Shown: piece by piece, positions 26,549 to 39,600 of the stretch
Layout: each line of letters starts with the position of its first letter
Position numbering within the stretch: position 1 is the first letter of the stretch
Assembly: GCF_001194135.2 (NCBI RefSeq)
Contig: NC_068999.1
Location: 16,689,608-16,753,309 of the forward strand
From: Octopus bimaculoides
Lineage: Eukaryota
DNA: 63,702 nucleotides
Reading direction: 5' to 3'
The notes under the pieces: model-generated
What the model was told of the DNA's origin: nothing
Databases searched by the model: none
The model's input: the letters and a program-made list of their open reading frames with translations, nothing else
Program-made: the position numbers and the translations under genes

Positions 26549-26599
<51 letters not shown>

Positions 26600-26860
26600 A
26601 TATGTATGTATGTATGTATGTATATAAATATATATATATGTATATATATACATATGTGTGTATGTATATATATACGTACGTATGTGTGTTTGTATGTATG
26701 TTTGTATATATGTATGCATGTACGTATATGTGTTTGTACGTAAATATGTAAATATGTCTGTATGCTTTTATGTATGTTTGTATATATACATATATGTAGC
26801 ACGTGCGTATGTATGTTTGTATGTGTGGACAGAAGGAGAGAGAGAGAGAGAGAGAGAGAG
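25697..26860. repeat. Extended compound (AT)/(AC)/(GTAT)/(AG) microsatellite region
   Basis: Direct reading, with interspersed unique segments. Confidence 0.9.
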
Positions 26861-28149
26861 TGATGGAGACAATCTTTGAGTATGTGTTTTGTGTAGTGTG
26901 TATTTAGGTAGAGAGAATTGAAGGCGGAGCAATGGGGAGGAGGTGAATGTAATATCGATCATGTTAGAAGGAGAACAAGACTGATTTTCCTTAATCTTTT
27001 GAGAAGACTCTGAGAGGTTTGTCTGTCAGTCAGTGAAGGTAAGAGATCTAAGCAGCACATGAAACAAGAAAAACAACAATAACAACACCAACAGCAATAT
27101 GAAGGAGAACAACAACTTAGAAAATGAAAAAGAATAAAAATGGAAATAAAGCATAAACAAAACAAAGAATACAGAACACATCAGCAGTAGCAACAATAAT
27201 TACATGCATAAAAGAAGAAAATATCATAGTAAATATAATAATACTACGAGTAATAATAACACTGTTGGTAAGTTTAACCCAAAGCCGTCATCGATTATCG
27301 AAAACCAGTTCATTGCAAACACAAACTACCACTGTTCTGTACCATTTAAAACATCGATGCGCTATTTTCTCTGTTAATCACGTAAGCCGGAGGCACTACA
27401 TATATATTACACAATGAAAAACACCGAGTATATCTTTTGTTATTGCTGCGGTTTCCCCTCCTCAAACGCAAACGAATTTTTAGTTCATATATCGTGTGGT
27501 AAATGGTGAAAATCATTTCGGTGCAATAACTAAAAGGACTAGTTTCTTAAATTAGAATTTAGAATTTGTTTTACAATGTGTACGCAGGCACTGCTATAAA
27601 GTGTATTCTAAATTCAGTCAGAACTCATGTGTGCTTCCATATTCGTGTGTAAATATACAGAAGTGTGTGAGTGTGTGTGTGTGTGTGCGCGCGTGCGTGC
27701 GTGTATGCATAATTAACTCTATATTCTGTATCGAGCACCCTCCTTTTTTCTGTCTTTTTCACACTAAGGTGTTTAAATATACATAAAAACACACAGACCC
27801 ATAATTGTATGGATGCGGGTGCATCAGTATGTATAATATGTGTGTTCGTGAATATGTGTGTGGTGTTGTATGCTCATGTGCATGTTTGTGAGTGTGTGTA
27901 TTTGTGTATGCATGCGTCTGAATGTGTGAATGTATCATTATATTCTTATATATGTGTGCATGGGTATGTGAGAATGACAGTGTTCGTAGCTGTGCATTAG
28001 TATGTGTGTAAAATTCCCGATAAAGAAATGGTAGATAGATCTTAACTGGTATTTTTTCAATTTGAAACCCTATAAACTTATCACATTGAATGTAATAGAA
28101 CATACGTAGATTATATAACGAAATTCACTTAATTTTCACTATTTTTTTG

Positions 28150-28900
28150 TGACCGATATTATCTAGTAAAAAGCCAAAACTATTCCAGACGAACTTATGA
28201 AGCTAGTTACTCAGTAATCCATTGGAAGATAAAATTTTGTTCTTATGCCTAAACGGGCTCTTGGAAATAAACCTGAGATATTGCTGAATTTTGCCACATA
28301 AGTTTGAGAAAATTATCTCTGATCATCAAATCTGCATGTACATAAATTTGAAGCAGATAAAACTTGTATGCAATCGCTCGATTAATCTAATCTTCTTTAA
28401 ACCTGGAGAACAGCGACAAAATGCTTAGTTTAGTTCCAGAGAAGACGAGAAGTGTTAAAATGGACATAGCATGGCTGTCTTTGATAATTTTACCTGATCT
28501 AGATTGACTTGGGGCTATATTACATTATTTATGACACTGTCAATAGCCAACTGCCTCCGAAAATGTTATGAATTTCCTTTCTCAGAATCGTCTCTCGAAA
28601 ATTTTAGTGGAATACATTATATTGTTCCAGATTAATCAGCAACAAAATATTGTAGCCATGATTTAGCAGCTTTGAAGAATTTGGTGATTGATTAGATTTT
28701 AATAGTGGATATGATTAAACATACACTTCAACTTAGGCAGATAATTGTCTTGCAATTTGTGTTTTTAGTGTAGATGATGTTCGTCTGTCTTCTTCTCTGT
28801 TTCACATTATCTTTAAGAAAATCTGAAAAACTGTGCCATCTAGTTGATAAATGGTAGTCTTGTGTTGACTGGAAATTTTGACGAGTGACTAATATAGATG
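28150..28900 (-). mobile_element. Possible very old Penelope-like RT remnant
   Basis: Stop-riddled frames with YLPKLK (cf. YxLPKxHK) and STKIFERR. Weak. Confidence 0.25.
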
Positions 28901-30139
28901 TGATACAAATCGAACGATTAGTTAAAATTATGCTACCTTACATACAGTTAACGATGGAATGCTCACCATATAAGCCGACACAGGACTGAAAAACTGGAGT
29001 ACATTATATATTTAACCAATTGTACATTCCGACATCACCAGTAGCAATGTTATGAAACTTGTTCCAATGATTGCCGAGAAGTTAAGTGAATTTGGCCAGT
29101 AAATGATACGAATGAAATAGCGCCAGGGTTGGTGGAAAAACTGTATATGAAATATACGACTGGACATACACGACCGGTACACAACTGGACATTCTTTTCA
29201 AACAAATAGAAGGTCAATAGCAAATTGCTTTATAGATTATCTTACATTTCATTTTGTAAGGATATAATAATTATTTGATGATTTTAATGATGGTTTATTG
29301 AGATTGTAGTGTTTCTATCCAGGTAAACGGAAGACCATATTTGTACGGGGGGGGGGGGGAATATAGATTCAGAGAAGACTACAAACACACAGCAGACAAA
29401 ATTTCTTGGGCAGACGAACACCCTGATTGTGTCTGGACAATAGCAGCGACTAAACATGATTACAGCCTTTGCTTTTTTTTAACCTAATAACTACTGTTAA
29501 TAATTTGCACTCCACAATTTGGATAACTCAACGTTAATCGGTATTATTAGCTTTCTTGCAATAAATTACTGAATTATTCTCATAATAAAAAGAAGACCAT
29601 AGTTGTGGCATTTCAGGGATTTGAACGAACGCCTACATATTTAATTTATGTTTGAATTGATTAAGTCAATAATTTACAAGCTACTTAGGACAAGCGTGAT
29701 GCTGTGTAAACAAGCGCATTTAGCTGCAAATTCTTTGCATCTCCAGAAGTTATTCTGTTCATCCTTTGGAGTATATAAAATTCATCGTCAGTAAACAACA
29801 AATCACTGAATAATTAAATAACAAATACAACATAAAGTTTTGACTAAATGACACGTGATTCTGAAGAACTTGCTTATTATGCATATAACACTAGAAAACA
29901 AACTTTCTTATCAAGAGCTTCAACATCTTGTCACATTATGATGCTGACGTATTATGATGGTAAATATCATGAAGATCTGGAAAGAATAGATAGATCGTCC
30001 AGTAAAAAGTGTTCATATTGGAAATGATTCAATATATATTACTGTTGTTGATACACTAGATTATGAGAACTATTTTGATAATATAGCTTTTTCAGAGGAG
30101 CAAAGGTGTCTCCTATGACCTTGCAACCACAACCTGTAG

Positions 30140-30316
30140 GTTACAGCAACACAGATTGGTACACCAACATACCAGTTTCTTTCATCTCAACTCGGAGATA
30201 CGGTCTGGATGGTTGAAGCAGATCGAACTTCGGTAAAGGAGCTGAAAGGCGAAGTGGTAATACTAAATGGGACGAGAGATTATGTGACATACTACATGTC
30301 TGTAAATTTTGAGTGA
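30140..30316 (+). CDS. Candidate exon or coding remnant, product unknown (strand uncertain)
   Basis: After ..CAACCTGTAG, 58 open codons VTATQIGTPTYQFLSSQLGDTVWMVEADRTSVKELKGEVVILNGTRDYVTYYMSVNFE* with protein-like codon bias. A competing minus-strand exon model exists at 30173-30360. Confidence 0.3.
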   Translation, partial: VTATQIGTPTYQFLSSQLGDTVWMVEADRTSVKELKGEVVILNGTRDYVTYYMSVNFE

Positions 30317-33099
30317 TCATTCGGTCGTTAAAATATCTCCTTTGATGGAGTAAAACAGCTCTGTAAAGGTGGAAATAACGTAAATTATTTACATTTATAT
30401 TTGTTACGGAACATACAGGCAGCTTTCTGTTAAGAAATAGACATCCATACATCATAGAATTCACCCTTTACATATAATACCACAAACTTGTATAAATAAG
30501 CCATTAGTACTCCACCTTAAAACACAGCACAAGAACTACAAACACAAAGAACAAAGAACAAGTGAAACATCAAAAGCATGAAAGAACGTGAGCTCAGATA
30601 TTTTCTCCGAGAATTTTCTAAAAATCTAATAGTGTTCTATCATTTTCTCGTACTGAGATTTCGAGGTTATGTCTGTTTTCGTCATTTGCACATCAACGTA
30701 AGGTAGATAGCACATCGTTTCTCTTTGCTCTGAATGCAAAGAAATTCCTCTAACATACCAAAAAGGATTCTTTTCTCTAACTAAAAATAAAATACGCTTT
30801 CGCATTAATCTGTGAAACGTTGCATGTCATGCTTTTTTTGTGTCTTTCTACTTTCCCCACAAACTATTATATAAACAAGAAACCATCTGGGAAGAAATGT
30901 ATGTGTGCCTAAATATATCTTAGATTTATGTGAATGTGCAAGTGAATTTACGTCAGTTTCATTATACATATATTCATACATACACACACACACACACACA
31001 TAATTATGTACATGTATATATTTACACACATACTCACACACGTTCATCTATATATATATATATATATATATATAATACTGATAAACACGGTGAATTGCAC
31101 ACACACACACAGGCGCATACAAATGTATAAGTAATGTCAGATCGAGTGAGGGCATGCGGGTGTATGTGTGTATGTGTCTCTGCGTGTGTGTGTGAGAGAG
31201 AAAGAGAGCAGAGAGAGAAATAGACAAATAAGTATTGCTTGATGTATCCATACAGTTAAAAGGCTATGTCGGTACATGTACACAACTCAACGAAAGGAGA
31301 CTAGTTGTAACGCTATGTATGTATATTTATCGCTATCCATGTAGGTGGTTATCTTATGTGTGCTCTAAGCAGTAATATATAAAGATAAGACCGAAAAAAG
31401 GGATGAGTATAGATGTATAAGATTGTGCCACATTTTATCTCTGAGTAATTTTAAGTGATTTTTCCGCGCTAAACATATTGCCTTCAGCATTTCTAAAATA
31501 GAGTTATTTCACATTCTCATAGACTCTAGTTCATATATATATATATCTACCCATTAAATATATACGGTATACAGATACTCTCCCTATAGACAGTCACGTC
31601 CCACAGTTACATTTAAATACTCGAAATGTTTTACATATGGTTTCAAGAGATATTACAATGAGTTTCACTTAATTATTCTTCTCGAAGTTCGTAAATGTAA
31701 AATTATATATATGAATGCTTGTACAGATGCCTAGCTAAATAAAGGGAGATAATTAAATTTAGTGGTTTGAATACTGACACCAACGTTACGTCAATGAACT
31801 ATTTCATTCTTAACAAGTAATTCCACATAGCATAAAGAAGGTCGTACAAATGTGTTTTCATAAAAGTAATCAGGACAGACTTTGTACGATGTAATATTAG
31901 TTGTATTCCGTGATAGCTTAAGTACGTGCAGATGACGTTTAGTGGTTAGGCGCATATGGAACATTTATATTGCATTAGTATGTCTCCAAGTATATATTGT
32001 CGGCGTTTGTGTGATATAATATTTCGTATTTATCCGGGAAATTCTCTGCACAGACAAGATTCATTAAACATTTTGAATGGAGTGCAGTTATTGTTTTGAA
32101 TATCTACAGATGCAGTGACCTGCTGCTGCATTGAAACAAGGTGGCTTCTACAGACCCGTTCATGTCAGATTCGTGTGTCCACTTGTCATATAAGCATATT
32201 TACTATATATGGCATCCAGTTTGAGAAAAAAAAATTGTCAATACATGGTATGCTTTAAGATTTGTTCAATGTGGTTGACCTATGTGCGTTAGTATATTCG
32301 TTTTCAGTGCTCCTTTGAAGTTCAGTGTTTAGCTGTTAGCTACATATTGCACGTTTTAATTTACTCTTCCAGTTATTTATTATCTGTTAGTCCTTTCTTT
32401 TATACTGATACATTGTTTATTTAAACACCTCTCGGACATTGTAGATAGCATCACGCAATCTATGTTTGTCTTTAAAGAACACCTCTTAAACTTACACCTA
32501 CAATTCATTGGACTTACTTCAGACAGTCACATTTTATCACGTTGTTTATTGCCAGCTTTTATTCTAGTTTTTATTTTGCAACTACTACAGAACAATGCCG
32601 AATGTCAGCAACAGTAGCATTGGCCACTTTTATTGTCACTGAAGAAATATGCTGATCGGAAGTGGTAAATTCTGTATTTACTAACAATGTTATTGCTATG
32701 CTCATAGGCAATAGTAATATTACTATCTCTACTTATACTGTTATCATTATGAAGTTCTGTTCACAGCACCACGAAATAAATTGTAATACCCTTTATAGCT
32801 CCCATATTTTTATATTTTCTACTTTTTTCTGCTGTGGTATCGTTTCACTTTTCATCTACTGGCCTATGTCTAGTGAAAGATGTATCTGTATATATTTTCT
32901 AGTAGCATGTATGACGTTGGAGTATTTATAACTGGAAGGAAATAGCTTTGTACAAGGTTGAAATACATTTGTTCTGTCCGTATTATGCTCTCGCTGTCAC
33001 TGGAAATTTCTTACAGCTGTCTTCTATATATTTGAATACCTTGATAACACCAACTGCTAAAGGGTACAATGGAAAAACAGATTTTGAAAGAGCAAGAGC

Positions 33100-34080
33100 G
33101 GCAAATACTACAGAAATAAGGGTTAAACAAACAGTACATGAAACCACAAAATTATACAGGAAAGATTCTCGATAACTCCCTAACTTCCAGTTGTAATAAA
33201 CTACAATGTTCCTTTGAACAAAGCAATTGGTTTGGCTTGCACTCCGAACGATTTTCTCAAATATAATTCACAATAAATTTAGAAATCAATACATTGTTAA
33301 GAACAGCAAAAGAACTGGTATTTAGTGGAGAAATATGCACAGCAAAAGAATCGCCAAGGAAGAAAGTACTGAAAGTGGCAACTGCAAAGCTTTAACAATC
33401 GCGGGAAACTAGACACGACAGATGATACACACACACAAAACAGTAAATCACAAAGTGATATTATTCCAAATATCTTTTCTATTCCTGGCGTTATAAATTA
33501 GCTTGCTAACCTAAACAAGAATCAGAACCAAATGCTACGGGAGTACGAACGAATATGGATACTCTAAGATGTATATTGAAGGTACAAAACAAATGGAAAC
33601 ACTTTCATACGCAGCGCACCGAATTTTTTTGTGAAACAATATGAAACTCGATTTAGAAAAAATGCGGTAAGGCAACTCTGAAAAGAGGTAAACGAATATA
33701 AAATGAAACAATATAAGTCAGACTTATTTTTAAATGGTACCTAAGAGAATTAGACCGAACAGAGCAACAAGTACTAATAAATCAATTGAGTAGACAGAGT
33801 ACAATGCTTACGAATGAAAGAAAAGTCGAGGATGTTATTTTATAGACACGTTGTGATACTACTTTCTCTGGCATTGCGCCTAGGTAAGGGATTGTAATAT
33901 TAAAACTTAAAACAGAGATAAATGCAGTAAATAAGATAATAGGTATCAATACTCTCACATTTACACTAATAAGTCATGGTTATAATAATCTCAACTGGAA
34001 GTTAACTAAATTAGCAAGTCTAGACAGGAAAGCAAGAAAATTCATGAATGCACTTAGTATACACCACTTGAAAGTCGAAA
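33100..34080 (+). mobile_element. Heavily decayed RT region of an R4/Dong-like LINE
   Basis: Frameshifted remnants KPQNY, MKLDLEK/CGKATLKRGK (cf. FGLDKCAKATxKRGK), LKTEINAVNKIIGINT, NWKLTKLASLDRKARKFMNALSIHHLK (cf. INWxxxELxxLDRKTRKxxTxxxxHHPK). Confidence 0.7.
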
Positions 34081-34359
34081 CAGAGATTGTCAGAAGTAAA
34101 TTATTATAAACGTAGTATTTTCGCAACGTCAAATGTGAGGACATTTTATTAATTATAAAGAATGTTTTTTCCAGTAGGAAAAATAAAATTTTATTTTGAC
34201 GGCTTGTTCACTACACAAACACAAACACAGTATACAGACACATGCGCACACATACACACACATACATACACATACGCACATACATGTTTTGCATTTCATA
34301 GTTTAATCTAAAACGCATAAAGAAGTAGACAAAATATAGTTAATATTTTTGTGTGTATA

Positions 34360-34462
34360 AGGTGGAGAACTGGCAGAAACTTTAGCACGCTGCTAAAAAT
34401 GCTTAGCTGCATTCCGTCCATCTTTACATTAGCAGTTCAAATTCCACCGTGGAATCGACCAC
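34360..34462 (+). mobile_element. SINE family A head fragment
   Basis: AAGGTGGAGAACTGGCAGAAACTTTAGCACGCTGCTAAAAATGCTTAGC...CAGTTCAAATTCCACCG aligns with the family head. Confidence 0.7.
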
Positions 34463-34611
34463 AGTGCTTATAGTATTGAAAGGTAGCTAGTTATTCTATC
34501 GCCTCATTTTTTTACCAGAGCGCTAAGTTACGCAGACGTCAACACACCAAAACTGGTTGTCAAGCAGAGATGAAATAAAAATGGAGACACATACACAAAA
34601 CAACAACAGCA

Positions 34612-34667
<56 letters not shown>

Positions 34668-35303
34668 NNNNNNNNNNNNNNNNNNNNNNNNNNNNNNNNN
34701 NNNNNNNNNNNNNNNNNNNNNNNNNNNNNNNNNNNNNNNNNNNNNNNNNNNNNNNNNNNNNNNNNNNNNNNNNNNNNNNNNNNNNNNNNNNNNNNNNNNN
34801 NNNNNNNNNNNNNNNNNNNNNNNNNNNNNNNNNNNNNNNNNNNNNNNNNNNNNNNNNNNNNNNNNNNNNNNNNNNNNNNNNNNNNNNNNNNNNNNNNNNN
34901 NNNNNNNNNNNNNNNNNNNNNNNNNNNNNNNNNNNNNNNNNNNNNNNNNNNNNNNNNNNNNNNNNNNNNNNNNNNNNNNNNNNNNNNNNNNNNNNNNNNN
35001 NNNNNNNNNNNNNNNNNNNNNNNNNNNNNNNNNNNNNNNNNNNNNNNNNNNNNNNNNNNNNNNNNNNNNNNNNNNNNNNNNNNNNNNNNNNNNNNNNNNN
35101 NNNNNNNNNNNNNNNNNNNNNNNNNNNNNNNNNNNNNNNNNNNNNNNNNNNNNNNNNNNNNNNNNNNNNNNNNNNNNNNNNNNNNNNNNNNNNNNNNNNN
35201 NNNNNNNNNNNNNNNNNNNNNNNNNNNNNNNNNNNNNNNNNNNNNNNNNNNTATATATATATATTTTGCGCGTAAGTATACATGCATACATATACATACA
35301 CAT

Positions 35304-35345
<42 letters not shown>

Positions 35346-35355
35346 GCATATGTAT

Positions 35356-35392
<37 letters not shown>

Positions 35393-35699
35393 ATTGGGGA
35401 GAGAGAGAAAGAGGCAGAGAGGAAGAATGAGATAGAGAGAAAGAGGGAGAGAGAGAGAGACAAATAGATAGATCTATATACGTAAGATATAGATAGAACT
35501 ATGTATAAAAGATAGAAAATTTGGCTTTCACATAAATCGAATTACTGTCAACGCAATAAATAACTGAAATAAAAAAAGGAAACCAGAGTAAAATTCGTTT
35601 ACGTAACCATGACAGAGTTGATCTCAGTCATTCAGTGAGAATACACTATAACAAAACAATTCAAATCAATGATAATAATAATAATAATAACAACAGCAA

Positions 35700-36045
35700 C
35701 AACAACAAGATCACTCAGAGAGCGCAAACCTCCGCCATGGCAACACCAACGTCCTCTCAACGATTATCCAGAGATGATTTTTAGAATAAGAATATCTGAA
35801 ATAAACTCGATTGCTCTCACAAACGAAAATATTAAAAATGAACCCGACCGCTCTCAAAAATTAAGTAAAAAAAAAAAACGGAAATATGATCCTAAATCCT
35901 TGTCCGGTACCAAATCGATCCGAAAATTTAATCAGTTTCATCCAAATCCATCCAGCGGTTCTTGACACATCTTGGCCCCGGACAAACAAACACACAAACA
36001 TGACTGAAAACAATACCTCCGCCTCATCGAAGCCGGAGGTAATTT
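35700..36045. mobile_element. Possible non-autonomous DNA element with terminal hairpin
   Basis: Hairpin TACCTCCG 36014-36021 / CGGAGGTA 36034-36041 after a GACAAACAAACAC segment. Class unknown. Confidence 0.3.
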
Positions 36046-36059
36046 TGTGGAGAAGCGGA

Positions 36060-36268
36060 AGTCGATTATATCGATCCTAGTGCTCTACTGATGCTTATTT
36101 TATCGATTCCGGATAATAATAAAATGGAAAGTCAACATTGGCGGAATTAGAACACGGAACGTCAAGATGAGTAGAATGCTGCTAAAGTCGATTACATCGA
36201 TTCCAGTACACAACTGGTACTTATTTTATCAACCCCGAAAGTATAAAAGGCAAAGTCGTCCTCCACAG
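36060..36268 (-). mobile_element. Two tandem partial SINE family A fragments
   Basis: Two TCGATTA(T/C)ATCGAT..CTAG/CAGT..CTG(A/G)T(G/A)CTTATTTTATC..AA(A)GTC segments, each the reverse complement of the family body. Confidence 0.7.
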
Positions 36269-36321
36269 AATTAGTATTAATAATAATAATCATAATAATA
36301 ATAATAACATTAATAATAATT

Positions 36322-36955
36322 GCCCATTTCACGAACAAATGCTCTAGACTTGCCCAAAACCACTACAAGTTGTGGCGACATGATTATGTAACGAAAGCGC
36401 TACACTGGAAGCTGTGCGAAAAGTGGGGGCTAGAGATAAGCAAGAGAGGGTATGAGCATAAACCGCAGAGAGCGCCGGAGTCGGTGACTAACAAAATCCT
36501 CTCAGATTTTCCTATCCAAAACAGATCACGTGCTAGAGCATAACAGACCGTATGCCGTATAGTTGCCGTTGCATGCCCCTTTGACCCACGAATAGTCAAG
36601 AAGGAAGGCGAAAATATAGATAAATATAACCCTCTTAAGAACGAAATGGCCTGGCTATGGAAAATGAAGATGGTGCCAATTATTGTTGGGTCCTTGGGAA
36701 CAGTATCAGAAGGCATCAAGAGAAATATAAAGGAAATTGGAATAGAGTGCCCAGTAGAACTGTTACAAAAGGTGTGACTCCTTGGAATGTCCAGAATAAT
36801 CAGGGAAGTATTATACAGCCGAAAAGAACGGATAGCATGGTACCGTAGGCTGCAGGTAGCAAGCCCGCCACGCCTGCAAGACTCCGGAGTTCCAACAAAT
36901 CCTGTGATAAAAGGAAATGACAATACTACTACTACTAATAATAATAATAATAATC
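36322..36955 (+). mobile_element. 3' fragment of an RLE-type non-LTR retrotransposon (R4/Dong-like)
   Basis: AHFTNKCSRLAQNHYKLWRHDYVTKALHWKLCEKWG..YEHKP..KILSDFPIQ/TDHVLEHNRP..VACPFDPRIVKKEGENIDKYNPLKNEMAWLWKMKMVPIIVGSLGTV..ELLQKV*LLGMSRIIREVL. This is the distal zinc-knuckle plus PD-(D/E)xK endonuclease region. It ends in a (CTA)(TAA)n tail. Confidence 0.92.
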
Positions 36956-36979
36956 GTTTCTCCTTGTGGTACAAGATCA

Positions 36980-37170
36980 GAAATTTTTAAGGGTGTGGGG
37001 GTCGATAGTTAATTACATCCAATCTAGAACTGAACAGGTGGTGTATTTTGTAAACCAATAAAGGTTGAATGGCAAATTCGACCTCGGGTGTATCTGAACT
37101 CAGAACGTAAGTTGCGGGGAATGCAATATACACTTTTCCGTGTGAGCTAGCGATTCAGCTAGCTCACAGC
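36980..37170 (-). mobile_element. Diverged SINE family A copy
   Basis: GGCAAATTCGACCTCGG..CTGAACTCAGAACGTAA..GCTAGCGATTCAGCTAGCTCAC is the reverse complement of the family head and B-box. Confidence 0.7.
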
Positions 37171-37569
37171 TGTAACAATAACAACCTATATAACTAGTGT
37201 AAAATGGACGATAAGACAACTCTACTTTTCTAAATTCCTTCCATTCCAAATATTCTCACCAAGCTAGGTTGTGTAAAAGTGTACCTGAAATTGTCGGCCT
37301 TAACCAAACAATTCATGACCCTAAATATTGTGGAAGGCAATGATAGACTCATATATATTATGCATCAATAATATATCATGAAAAGATAACATGTTAAGAA
37401 GAGAGTGCTTTTTAAGGGGACATGGTACTTACACATTATTTTCGTCCTGAATCAATACATTATTCGAAACGGCGTTTCCTAATTTACATTTTCTGAGCAA
37501 ATGTCTCCAATGTCCAACGTTACTTTAACTGCTACACATGTAGCATCTTAGCCTTTACTGCTGTAAAGT

Positions 37570-37818
37570 TCAGAGTGGCCTTCTATTTTTCTTTCCTTTC
37601 GCTATTTTTGTTTGTTTGTTTTGTTTAATATGATATATCCCTACAATGACTTTGGCTTCAAGTATTAATACAACTTTTGGCATCAGTAAACTCGCTTCTT
37701 GACCACATATTGTTGCGGGTCGACTTTGCGCTAGCAACATGATCATAGGTTTGTGTAAAACGGCAGATAAACCTAGTGGCATCTGAACTGGGAAAGTAAA
37801 GCGCCTGATAAACAGCAT
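37570..37818 (-). CDS. Candidate exon or coding remnant, product unknown
   Basis: 82-codon ORF with protein-like codon pattern and an internal acceptor TTTACTTTCCCAG before 37787. No convincing donor. Confidence 0.2.
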   Translation of the reverse strand: MLFIRRFTFPVQMPLGLSAVLHKPMIMLLAQSRPATICGQEASLLMPKVVLILEAKVIVGIYHIKQNKQTKIAKGKKNRRPL

Positions 37819-37863
37819 GGTATTTTGTGCAACGCTCTCAAAATTCTATCAATTCATCGCTTA

Positions 37864-37903
<40 letters not shown>

Positions 37904-37942
37904 GTAAAGATAATATTGATGAAGACGATGATGAAGATGATG

Positions 37943-38008
<66 letters not shown>
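37864..38008. repeat. (AAT)n array interrupted by (GAT)n
   Basis: Direct reading. Confidence 0.97.
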
Positions 38009-38010
<2 letters not shown>

Positions 38011-38479
38011 CAATAGTAGTGGCAACAACAAAAACAACAGATCACTGATAATAAATTTTGATTACAAGTTTTAGAAGTATGAGAGATGTCTGAAGAAAAA
38101 TTGTAAATGAATTAGGAAACTTTAAGAAATATGGAAGTGACTGAAAGAAAGATTTCTATCATTATTAGAAGGAGTTGAAAGCAACAGATTATTCTTCGAA
38201 GTAAAAAAAGAAATTATGTGATGCATGAACACATAATGCAAATATATATGAATCACTGCTAGAAAAGATCTGTTATATTATAGAGAAGCACAGTTTATAG
38301 GAATAATACACGTTGAATAGAAGACACAATCGAAAAGAGCGGAGTTAAGTTTGAAAAGAAAACAAGAAAGACAAAACTTCAAAATACATTTCATTCTGTT
38401 TTCTTCGATATAAATGTGAAAAATAAGACTTATGTGACATTACATCAGAAATATAGATTAACATAAAATACTTGTACTG

Positions 38480-38800
38480 ACGATAATACAAAAGAATAAA
38501 GACGCCGTCCAGCAAAATTAATAGATACCTATTGTGGATCAAACATTATCAAGAAAATATAATCCCCGGGAAAAAGAAAAAAAAAAATGAAATGCAGATA
38601 TTGAAGTCAGTCGAAGAAACTAAAACTGTTTCTGACACGTATGAATCATAAGTGTGCTGGTCAAGCTTTTGGAATAATATACTAGAACATAAAAGCAATG
38701 TATACTGGATACAATAGTTGCACAGAAGTTGTTAGGAAAATAATTTACCATGATGCAATAACAAATCTACTTAGAAAAAAAAATCGGTAATTCGATAAAA
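38480..38800 (+). mobile_element. Decayed pre-RT region of an R4/Dong-like LINE
   Basis: A-rich sense strand with SKINRYLLWIKHYQEN and SFWNNILEHKSNVYWIQ (cf. FWxxIWxxxxxHNxxAxWL). Lies downstream of a long (AAT)n array. Confidence 0.45.
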
Positions 38801-39214
38801 ATACGCAGATGATATCGTAACCGAATGTCTAGAAGGAGATGAGGTGCAATATTTTGACTTAAAACGTTTAGAAATCAGAAATAATAATTATAAAATTTCA
38901 GAGAACTTAAAATTTAAGAAGGGCTAACATATCTTTAACTGATAGAGTATCACAGCAGATGCTAAGAACAATCAAATTACTAAACTTAATGATATAAACT
39001 AGTACTAGCGTCACCAGAAAATATTTGCCATTACTGAAATTTAAATAGTTTGAAAACACATGTGCCTTTGTAAATATTGTTTCTAAAGATAAGTTAAAAA
39101 TATGTAATTATTTCACTAACAACGTATCTCAAACATGTATGTTCACATATATCTGTGTTAATGAATATATGTTGTTCACTACAGACGATTGATGGTCGTT
39201 TCAACAACGATAGT

Positions 39215-39600
39215 GGAGACGCAATGGCCCAGTGGTTAGGGCAGTGGACTCACGGTCATAGGATCGCGGTTTCGATTCCCAGGCCGGGCGTTGTGAGTGT
39301 TTATTGAGCAAAAACACCTAAAGCGCCACGAGGCTCCAGCAGGGGATAGTGGCGAACCCTGCTGTACTCTTTCACCATAACTTTCTCTCACACTTTCTTC
39401 CTGTTTCTGTTGTACCTGTAATTCAAAGGGCCAGCCTTGTCTCACTGTGTCACGCTGAATATCCCCGAGAACTACGTTACGGGTACACATGTCGGCGGAG
39501 TGCTCAGCCACTTGCACGTTAATTTTACGAGCAGGCTGTTCCGTTGATCGTATCAACTGGAACCCTCGACGTCGTAAGCGACGGTGTGCCAACAACAAAA
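39215..39600 (+). mobile_element. tRNA-derived SINE family B, full length (head probably tRNA-Arg-like)
   Basis: A box TGGCCCAGTGG (39225-39235), B box GGTTTCGATTCCC (39268-39280), (CAA)-rich tail. The head aligns with the minus-strand copy at 62699-62893, whose anticodon-like loop reads GGACTCGCGGTC (TCG = Arg; inference). Confidence 0.9.

Noticed and set aside
39215-39290. tRNA gene
   Set aside because: It has A/B boxes but no proper acceptor stem pairing and continues into a SINE body, so it is a SINE head.
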